DNA of 64,000 bases, taken from NCBI GenBank assembly GCA_964016885.1, contig OZ024743.1, positions 33,542,001 through 33,606,000 of the forward strand. The letters run 5' to 3'. Under the pieces are notes generated by a model. That model had not been told where the DNA came from. It saw only the letters and a list, made by a program, of their open reading frames with translations, and searched no databases. The number at the start of each line of letters is the position of its first letter. The stretch's first letter is position 1. Origin of the DNA: Eledone cirrhosa (taxonomy: Eukaryota). The translations under genes and the position numbers were made by a program. Below are positions 54,132 to 64,000 of the stretch, piece after piece.

Positions 54132-55043
54132 GAGTTTACATGGGTGGTCCCATCCATATACATTTATATATATAATGGTTTTGAAAAAGCAATGATCCAT
54201 GAGTCCAGTCATATTGTAACTTAGAGCGGTTGTAAGCATGAATATTGTTGAAATGACACTTGCATCATAAACAAATGTTACATTTATCTCTCACTCTTCT
54301 GATTACACACACACAAAGACAGGCAGACACACATACACATACATTTATAGGCAAAGAGAGTCACATAGATATCATTGACAGAGAATAAATTTTGTGTTTC
54401 ATAAATTCCAATTGAAATTTTTTTAGAACACTGTTGATAGATTGTAGCATTCATGTGACACAGAGAGACAGTCTACAAAATGGCTGTACATTTATTATAA
54501 TCAACATTAAGCAATGAAGATGAAGATAACAGTGGTTGAGGTTATGACCACATAGCTAAACTACTGTCCTGACAATCACACAGATAAACTGTGTAAATAT
54601 CATTAATGTAGTGTTATCAGTGTATGGCTGTGTGATAGGCAGCTAACAAATAAACAAACTACAGAGTAAAAGAAAAGACAGCAAATACTCTGTAAGAGAG
54701 AGCCATGTACATACATACACCCAGTCACACACATTATAAATATCTACCATCAGCATTGTTTAATATTCCATGTTGGCATGGGTTGGCTATGTTGTTAGAT
54801 ATTGTCAGTACTTTACCAAAGCTATTGACTTTTCAGACAGGCTGGTGGCTTGTATCTTACACACAAACATTCTAGACCTTTACAAAGTGTACTGGGTGCA
54901 TTTTATCATGTCAGCAGCAGAGATAGAGATTGAGAGAGATTTGTGGTCTTCCCATCCCTCACGCTGTTGACACTATATATATGTTGAAAATTGAAAAAGT
55001 CATAGGAGTGAAGAGTGCTCTATGTAAGTACCAGAGCAAAATT

Positions 55044-55276
55044 TAATGTATAATAAACAATACAATATAATTACCTCATTACCAGAGGTTTCCCGAATAA
55101 GACGAATATATTTTTTGCCCATTAAACTCTTGCATTTCTTGAGGAGACTCTCCAAATATTTCACTATGTTTTAAATTGCCTTGTCCGACGAACAGATGAG
55201 GACATTTTTCGTATTCGTCTTATTCGGGAAACTTCTGGTAATGAGGTAATTATATTGTATTGTTTATTATACATTA
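55044..55276. repeat. Fold-back with 65-bp inverted arms (1 mismatch) around a ~103-bp spacer, abutting (TA)n
   Basis: 55044-55108 versus 55212-55276. Confidence 0.88.
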
Positions 55277-55845
55277 TATATATATATATATATATGTAGG
55301 GAATCAGTTGGTGATTCACTTCATTGTTACTTGGTGTTTCAGGGAAACAGTCAGGATCATTGTTTGGCAGAATTAGTAGGACAATGAAAAAAGATACCAT
55401 AGTTTTTTATGTCACTTTCCGCCTGACTTCAAATCCCCACAAGACCACTTTGTTTTCATCCTTCTAGAGTCAGATGTTAATCAATCTCTCTATCACTCTC
55501 TCTCTCTCTACACACACACACATAGTGTACTACCCAACATTCATAGTCCTGGTTATCTGAAGAATTTTCGTTAGAACCTAACTAATAATTGTTCTCAGAA
55601 ACCACTGCATATTTGTGGGATCGTAAAAATCTTCCACAATTTTTTTTTTGTGGAAATGTATGTTTTTTTAACGCAAAATTATTAATAACAATATACCATA
55701 TTTGCTGGCCTATTGAATGAATGCTCCTTCACATAAGATGGTCCCTCTTTTTTTTTTTTTTAAATTATATTTTGACATTTATAGGCATTTTTGTGGACCA
55801 CGTCCAATATTTGCGGCTTTTCATTCTTTATGGGAGCTCTAGGAA

Positions 55846-55897
<52 letters not shown>

Positions 55898-58122
55898 TGG
55901 TAGTGCGAGAAGTAATAGTTTACAGTTGGATACTCTTCACGGTGCCAACTCTTTCAATCATCTTCATGCAAGGATGCACTGTGCAGTATTCTCAACTGAA
56001 TACATACATGTAAATACTTAAAGGAAAAAATAAGGGTTATATAGTTTTATATTAAAAGTAGAATATAACATATAAATATAAAACACTTAATAATATTTTA
56101 AGACTGGTAGTGTTATAAAAGAAATATTTCACACCTCTCTGTAAAATATCTGAGTTCTGATTATCTAAAGAGAAAGGAACAGATCATCAGACTGGACCAA
56201 GGAAACAGTGTTTCCATTGGTCCTTCCATAGCTGATACTATTTTCTGGTCATAACTCTTGGTAGAAGGAGTGAGATTTGAACATAGAACATAGTAAATTG
56301 TAACAAATATCAATGCATTAATCCAATGCTGAAATGACACTCCCGATTTGAGCATTTTAAGGCTTACTAAATCAGTGCAAAGAAAGCAATGAAGTAGGGA
56401 TCTTTTATAGCAGTTTCACATTGTTTTTTTTAATCGTTGTCTGAAAAGAAATTATTTTTATGTACAATGAATGACTTTTAGTTAGTTAAAGCTCTCAAAG
56501 TAATTATCTTATACACTTGAAACAATATCAATTGTTTGTAACTCGTTTCAAATCCTTAGAAAATATGAAATACAATTTACACTCTCCTCTACTCTCTTTA
56601 TTGATAATCACTCTACTACATGTTTGAATTGTTTCTTAACAGCTGAAATATTTAAAGTGAATTTCATTTGTATATTTTACATTGTGACAGCAATAAAAAT
56701 TAAACTGTTTAAAGGAATAGATTTATTGTTACAAATCTTCTATAAAAGATATTTTTTTCATTTCAAATGTATCATTTTAGGATGGATTCCTGCATGTTGA
56801 TTTTTCTTAATTTGTTTATAGTGTTCTGATTGGTCAAAATATTTGCTGGAGCTTTCCCACTGTCGTGTATTAACACGATCTTATTTAAAACTCAACAACC
56901 TTTTCTTAACAATATAAATTTGTAGCTCATAAAAATGGTTATCAAAACAGCAACATTATTCTACTGGCCAAAATTGTACGAACTATACAGCATCTTTTTG
57001 TCTGTCTGTCAAACACTAGCGCTAGCATCTGAGATTTATATTTAGAATTCATGAAATACAAATAAAAGTAAGACAAAAATGGTGGGTGGATAATGTTGTA
57101 AAATGGTTTCTTTCATGCCAGAAGGCAGTGTTAATTACCAACAGTGTTATGTCTCTCTCAGTCTCTTTATATATATATAGTAATAATAATAAATTTGACG
57201 ACTAAAATCCAAAGAACGCTCGATAAGGGTGAAAGCAGCGATTCTTTGCTTAAACTTTAATCTGTTATTTTAATATATATATACTAGCATAATACTTGTG
57301 AAAAATTACTGTTTAAAGTAAAAATAAAAATATTTCATCTATTAATTACAATATTCTGTGAAGATGCTTAAATCCTTGAGTTTTTCTTTTTTTTTTTACC
57401 CTCTTCTTCTTGTCACCATGACCATTGTTGTATTTGATTTTACATTCATTTAAATCAATTATGATTATTTTCTTTAATCATTGTCAAACATATATCTACT
57501 AAATTATTGTTTTGTTCTACCTATGTATCTATCTGCTTACGAGATTTGTGGTTTTGTGTTAGTGTTGGTCTTGTCCAAAGATAGAACATTGATAAATATA
57601 CATGAATAAATAACTATGGATAGACCATTACACAGACAATTAGACAAGCAGATAGATAGACAGATAGATGTGATACCACAAAGACCTCCTCCTTGACACA
57701 CATATTGTGTGTTGTCATGATTTGTGTGGCTATATGCCATGCTATCACTGTGAGTGTGTGAGAAATATATGAAAGCCTATGTGCACATTACCCAGAACAA
57801 AGTGGCTGTCAATGATCATGTTTTATTAAAATGATATAAGCAGCAAGAGAGAGGAGAAAAGCATTATCAAACATATTAGTAACATTACGCTTGCATGATC
57901 TGTAGTCTTGCTTGCAAGTCCTTGGCAGTTCCAAAATGAAATGTCCAACATAAACATCCAAATTGAATGAACTGAATGGGTTGTTCAGATCCTCATAACT
58001 CGATATTGATGGGAAAGTCGATATATATATATATAATATTATAATGAAATGACGGGAGGCTGGACTTGTGTAAATCCTTGAAAGATTTAAAGGAAAAGAA
58101 TGTTTCTCTTTGTTGAATATAA

Positions 58123-58571
58123 GTCACCAATTTAGCGGAGAAGTATTTAGAAGTTGGTAAGGTTGCCACGAGGAACCAGGTTTGGTAGAAAGATGTGATA
58201 GGATTATCGACAATGACTTTAGCTTGGTTTTACATTATTTATTAACAGGGGTTGAGCTGGCATGCCAAGAGAAATAAAACAAATCAATTAAGATTACAAG
58301 AGAAAATACGGGCGACTGGCTGAAGGCGTTTGGCCAGGCTCGTAGGTAATGTTTTGTCGTTACATATTGTTTGTGCTTACGGAGCAAAAGAACAAGTGGT
58401 GTTTACCTTAGCACGGCCTAGCTTGAAGTGATAGCGTCCTCAAATCTTTGCGGGCTATTTCTCCCTCAGAACGCGTAGGGATACATCCTCTTCTACTGGC
58501 GCTGATTGGCTGAGCTGAGCCAAATCACGCACAGAGAATGTATGTGAGCCCACAGAATGTAGGTCACTACA
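58123..58571 (-). mobile_element. LTR-like fragment (~441-bp LTR plus PBS-like start) nested in the Penelope-like arm
   Basis: Minus strand begins TGTAGTG, ends CGCTAAA at 58131 (imperfect inverted terminus), then TTGGTGAC. Contains CCAAT and AATAAA. Absent from the mirrored arm. Confidence 0.55.
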
Positions 58572-58579
58572 GGTTTATT

Positions 58580-58637
58580 ATACTATGATCATTTCAATGA
58601 CCGGGTTCCGTATGAATCCGGTGATATCATCAGGTGT
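58580..58637 (-). ncRNA. Minimal type-I hammerhead ribozyme motif (TGATCA family), inverted partner of 58910-58967
   Basis: Reverse complement of the same motif in the left arm of the fold-back. Confidence 0.7.
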
Positions 58638-58909
58638 TCGAAATATAATAAGTGAATGTAATAGATAAAATCCATGGGGCTGAAAATCGAAGACCCGAGG
58701 ACGACCGCCATCCAACATCTTCCACCTTTGCTGGTCGGCCTCAAGTGACGGTCCTCGGGTCTTCGATCAGTAGTAGCACACTGTAAGCTTTAGCCACGTC
58801 ACTTGAGGGCGACCGGCAAAGGTGGAAGATGCTGGATGGCGGTTGTCCTCGGGTCTTCGATTTTCAGCCCCATGGATTTTATCTATTACATTCACTTATT
58901 ATATTTCGA

Positions 58910-58967
58910 ACACCTGATGATATCACCAGATTCATACGGAATCCGGTCATTGAAATGATCATAGTAT
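58910..58967 (+). ncRNA. Minimal type-I hammerhead ribozyme motif (TGATCA family)
   Basis: acac-CTGATGA-tatcaccagattcatacggaatccggtcatt-GAAA-tgatca-TA-gtat-AATAAA. One mismatch in stem I. Confidence 0.7.
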
Positions 58968-59158
58968 AATAAACCTTTCAAGGATTTACACAAGTCCAGC
59001 CTCCTGTCATTTCATTATAATATTTAACTCCGTACTAGCACCACCAACTACAAAAACAAAGACGGTTGAACTGCTTTACGTTGAGTACTCTCCATATTAT
59101 TACATTAAGATTGACCATACAGAATTGACCAGCTCTATCCAGTGGTGAACCTCAAACC

Positions 59159-59193
<35 letters not shown>

Positions 59194-59197
<4 letters not shown>

Positions 59198-59367
59198 CAA
59201 GATGGATACAGTAAGAAAGTGGTTAGACCATTACTCACTAGAGTACTTGATACTTGGCTATATGATAGTCAGGGCCCTGATGGCTGAGCTCTTGCCATTT
59301 TAACAGTTAGTTCCAGACTCTGGAACTAGCTGTTGAAGTGGCAAGTGGTCAGCCACCAGGGTCCTGT

Positions 59368-59371
<4 letters not shown>
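59194..59371 (+). mobile_element. Microsatellite-embedded hairpin element; related copy at ~2190-2358 (-)
   Basis: Shared gttagaccattactcac...gtacttgatacttgg and tggctgagctcttgccat. Both copies lie between microsatellites. Confidence 0.65.
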
Positions 59372-59422
<51 letters not shown>

Positions 59423-60980
59423 GATGGCAGTTATAAAATATGTACAAACAGAATCAGTTATGTGTGCATTGTAAGTATAAACACACACAGTGGTGTTACA
59501 ATTTGATGAAGAAATCAAGTATTATTATTTGTCTCCATAAAACAAGGGGTAAACTACTACTACTACTACCTTTACTACTACCACTACTACTATTACTTGT
59601 AGTAGTATAGTGATTTCTCTCCAATTAATGGTTCTATTCAAATGTTACTAGATGACTGCATATATTTTCTTTATTGCCTTAAAGTTTTAAACTCTGGAAA
59701 TAAGGCATCAGTGTTTTTAACACAATACAATATCTGTTGTAAATTGCCACTTGGGTAGTAGTGTATTTCCAAAGACTGTTGACTGAATGGATGGAAGGCA
59801 TCACTAGAAAATTATACTTGTAGTCGTGTCTTCATTGTTCTTTCAATCTGATAAAATGTTTAGTATTTGGAAGATATTTTGGAGCTGTGTGTGAGATCTT
59901 TCATTATATGTTTACAGTAAGAAGACAGCTATGCAATTAAGTGACAGAAGGAAAATTTTATTAGAGAAGTATTCATGATAAATGAAGAATAATAGAGGCT
60001 TGTAACGAAGGCTGCAACTTCTATAGTTGGAGGAAAGTTTTCTTTGACAGTGTTTTTATTAGGTTAAAGAGATATTACCTCAACTACTGCTATATAATTC
60101 CTTATATAACAAAGATAACACCTCAAATAGATTTGTTGATATAACCATTGCGATTACTAACTGGTTTGAAGTTTTCTCTTTAGCAGTTCAGTTTCTAAAT
60201 GAGAAAACATGATTCACTTTAATGTAGTATGTTATTCAACTAATTTATATCAATAGTCACCACCATTCTGTGTTAGACCTAAGTATATTTGTTGCCAGTA
60301 GACTTCATTATGATTTAATTCTTTTTTAGGATCTTGTATGTGTGTATGTTTAAGATGTTTGCTTTAAAATACTGCCTTCAGATATATCTTGCTGTATGAC
60401 ACAATGGCCAAGTGTCTTTTGCTTTAATCTCAGGCCAAAATAATGTATCATGAGTGTATGTCATAGATGGAAACTGGTGTGTGTGTGTGTGACCGTCTGT
60501 CTGTCCGTCTTCTTTACATTTCATATTGCAGGCAGTAATATTTCTTTATGTTCCATGTAAACAGAGATAATTTTGCTATATAAGACATATAAAGATCCAT
60601 AGAAACTAACCACCTTGTCCAGTTCTTGGCCAGAACATTGGACACCCGAAACTCACTTCCTGCTCATGTTTTTCCCAAATTTAAACACAACATCAATGGT
60701 GTCAATCTCTTCAATCTTGGAGGACCTGTGAAGATCATGGGCACTGCCCATTCCTCCAGATCTATCTAATAATCCCCCCTCCCCCCTACTTTTCTTTCAT
60801 GAATATATTTGTGTATTTGTTTTGTTCTTTACCTTCAAATCATCCCATGGTCATCTGTCATTTCCTTCTGAGGTCGATAAAATAAAGTTCCACCCAAGTA
60901 CTGTGGTTAATATAATAGACTTTACCTACTCTGTAAAAAATTGCTGGTCTTGTGCCAAAAGGAGAAGCCATTATATTTCA

Positions 60981-62370
60981 ACACTATATAACTATATATT
61001 ACACTACATTACTATATATTACACTACATTACTATATATTACAATACTACATTACTATATATTACAACACTACATTACTATATATTACACTACATTACTA
61101 TATATTACACTACATTACTATATATTACAATACTACATTACTATATATTACAACACTACATTACTATATATTACAACACTACATTACTATATATTACAAC
61201 ACTACCGCAAGGTGGTCGTGGAGGTGCCACGGCAAAAAAGCACCCAGCCCACACTGTAAAGTGGACGTGTAGGCGCCACGAAAAAGCACCCAGCACTCAC
61301 TGTAAATGAGGTTGGTGTTAGGAAGGGCATCCAGCTGTAGAAATCAAGCCAGATCAGTTCCTGTATGAGCAAGGCATGGTCAGCCGACCAGACACTGCCC
61401 ACAACAGGACAACCCGTCTAACCCATGCTAGCGTGGAAGAACGGACGTAAAACGGTGATGATGATGATGATGACTACATTACTATATATTAAAACACTAC
61501 ATTACTATATATTAAAACACTACATTACTATATATTAAAACACTACATTACTATATATTATACTACATTACTATATATTACAACACTACATTACTATATA
61601 TTACAACACTACATTACTATATATTAAAACACTACATTACTATATATTACAACACTACATTACTATATATTAAAACACTACATTACTATATATTAAAACA
61701 CTACATTACTATATATTAAAACACTACATTACTATATATTATACTACATTACTATATATTACAACACTACATTACTATATATTACAACACTACATTACTA
61801 TATGTTAAAACACTACATTACTATATATTAAAACATTACATTACTATATATTAAAACACTACATTACTATATATTACATTACAGCACTATATAATTACAA
61901 CACTACATTATATATTATACTACATTACTATATATTAAGACACTACATTACTATATATTACAACACTACATTACTATATATTACAATACTACATTACTAT
62001 ATATTAAAACACTACATTACTATATATTAAAACACTACATTACTATATATTAAAACACTACATTACTATATATTAAAACACTACATTACTATATATTAAA
62101 ACACTACATTACTATATATTATACTCTATATTACAACATTACAGCACTATATATTACATCACAGCAAAATTATTTATTTAAACACTACAGTACTATATAT
62201 TAAAACTCTACATTATTATATCTTTAAATGCTACAGTACTATATATTACATTACCTTCCTATATATTACACTACCTTCCTATATATTACACTACATTACT
62301 ATATATTAAACTCAACATTACTATATAGTACATCATTACAGTACTATATATTAATACACTACATTACTAT
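60981..62370. repeat. 20/23-bp minisatellite (acactacattactatatatta[ca/aa])
   Basis: Direct observation. Interrupted by a SINE at 61205-61472 and degenerating after ~62120. Confidence 0.97.
61205..61472 (+). mobile_element. 5'-truncated SINE family A (longer-tail variant) inserted in a minisatellite
   Basis: gtggaggtgccacggcaaaaaagcacccagc...acccatgctagcgtggaagaacggacgtaaaacgg(tga)n. Confidence 0.88.
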
Positions 62371-63683
62371 TGTCATCATTATCATCCTTATCATTTAACA
62401 TGAGCTCTTCCATGCTTGCTAGGCTTAGATAGGTATTACAAAACTACAATACTATATAATACTACATTATTATATATTCATGTTGAATCCTAATTTATTA
62501 TTTTTTAAGTGTGCAGAATGTACTTATTAAACAAAAAAAATAGAACCAGTTCCAGAAACTGATTGTTTTCATCCTTGACTTGAATTGGTAAGCAAATCCT
62601 AATACCTACATGACCTAATCTCACTATGGGAGAGAAGAAAAAAGAACTAGTGATATTTTTACTAAGACAGTATCATAGCAACTAGAAAGAATTTAAAGAA
62701 GTATCTATTGCTTGTATGTTAACAAAGAAATCCCCTGTTTTTATGAAAGAATGTTGTATCATCACCATCATATATGTTTTATATGTTAGCATGGGTTGAG
62801 GGGGTTGTTACAGTCTCAGATAAGACAGGTTAGATGTCCACATATTGCTGGTATGTTCTGTATTTTGTATGGTTCCTATGACTGGATGCCCTTTGTAGTG
62901 TCAACCACTTTACAGACTGTACTGGGCACATTTTATAGTGGCAAGAACACTAGAGAGGTTGTCATGCTTGCAAAACTGAAGAGTTCTCCTTATATATATT
63001 GTATGTGTGTATTTAGAATGTAATGCTTGTATAATAAAGGAAATCTAGTTAGAAAATTATTGCCAACAATTAAAAAAAAAATGTATACTCTACTAGATGT
63101 GCAATGTAAATCTGAGAGGTAATGTATAAATGTAAAGAATTTGTTTTAACCTGTTTATGACTGAATTTCTAATAAAATTTATTGTATTTTAATTAATGCA
63201 GAATTTGAAGGAATTTTCAAAAATTAATTATTTCATTAAGATGGTATTTGAAATATAACTTAATAAAAGGTTCTTAATTAAAATTATGTTGGAATGTTTC
63301 AATTTAAATAGGAACTTTTTAAAATGAGTGGTTTTGTTTCATATTCTGCTCAAGTATCTCAACAATTTCTTAGGAACTACACAAATCATCATTATTGAAT
63401 GTCCATTTTTTATGTTAGCAAGGGTTGGACTAGTTGTCACAGACTGAATCAGTACTCAAGCAGGGCTAATAATGTCAGATGGGCCGGGAGCCTGTATATC
63501 ACTTACATACACCCCTGCACACTACTGAGTACATTTTATCATGACACCAGTGTATGGGAGGTTGTCATGTCTTTGACATAGCTTGAAGAGTCCTCCTGAT
63601 CCTTTGTTTGGTTGTTTTTTTTCTGTGGTTGGATGATTTTCCTGACATCAACCATTTGATCTACATCATAAACATCAACCATT

Positions 63684-63747
63684 TGATCTACATGATAAAC
63701 ACACCTACTATACTATAGTATAGTAGGTGTGTTTATCATGTAGATCA
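63684..63747. repeat. Perfect 64-bp palindrome with no spacer
   Basis: tgatctacatgataaacacacctactatacta|tagtatagtaggtgtgtttatcatgtagatca. Confidence 0.95.
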
Positions 63748-64000
63748 CTAACCCTAGAGAGGTTGTCATGTTTTGACAATGGAAGAGTCCTTCACCTCCA
63801 CTCCCACATAATTTCTTTCACAACCATTCTACAACTAAGTGCTCTTTCTATCATCGATGCCCTTCCTATCACAAATGTACTCAAATTTTTTCCATTGATT
63901 TTTTTTCATACATTCCCAAAGAACAGCTTATATTAGATTTATTAAATAAGTCTTTTCTATCCAAATCCATTACATATATTTTATGTTATTGATCTCTTGA

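Larger units (their letters stand above)
58035..59162. mobile_element. Penelope-like fold-back insert in (TA)n with two inverted hammerhead-bearing arms
   Basis: Left arm (58035-58084 + 58572-~58750) is the reverse complement of ~58800-59024. Both outer flanks are (TA)n. Homologous to 37490-37757. Confidence 0.7.

Noticed and set aside
56161-56355. 64-aa ORF with a hydrophobic N-terminal stretch
   Set aside because: Short, no recognisable motif or splice support, compatible with chance.
60655-60725. Minus-strand exon-like segment SSKIEEIDTIDVVFKFGKNMSR
   Set aside because: Opposite strand to the best exon, weak pyrimidine tract, and surrounding sequence looks like a decayed retroelement. 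Unsupported without a search.

Overview
AT-rich, CpG-poor, microsatellite-saturated eukaryotic DNA. The repeat set (tRNA-headed SINEs with RTE-type (GAT)n tails, very long (TA)n/(CA)n arrays) suggests an octopus or other cephalopod genome; this is an inference. The window looks intronic or intergenic, with only a few small candidate exons (best 47094-47221 +) and no identifiable host gene. Most long ORFs in the track are microsatellite artefacts. Well-supported content: (1) two young 5'-truncated copies of one RTE-clade LINE (31259-34727 +, 47729-49360 -), whose ORF carries a C4HC3 PHD-type finger inside the RT domain; (2) SINEs sharing that LINE's 3' end; (3) a bounded Buster/Charlie-type hAT element with TIRs and an 8-bp TSD (21867-24529), whose 5' coding half is replaced by a minisatellite; (4) a mariner remnant; (5) two TTAA-targeting piggyBac-like MITE families; (6) an LTR-like fragment. 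The most interesting signal is a set of short, often fold-back inserts inside (TA)n tracts that carry minimal type-I hammerhead ribozyme motifs, mostly followed by AATAAA. At least four sequence families are present, including a perfect U3-A8 core variant at 34861-34898. These are probably Penelope-like or retrozyme-like retroelements that target TA microsatellites.
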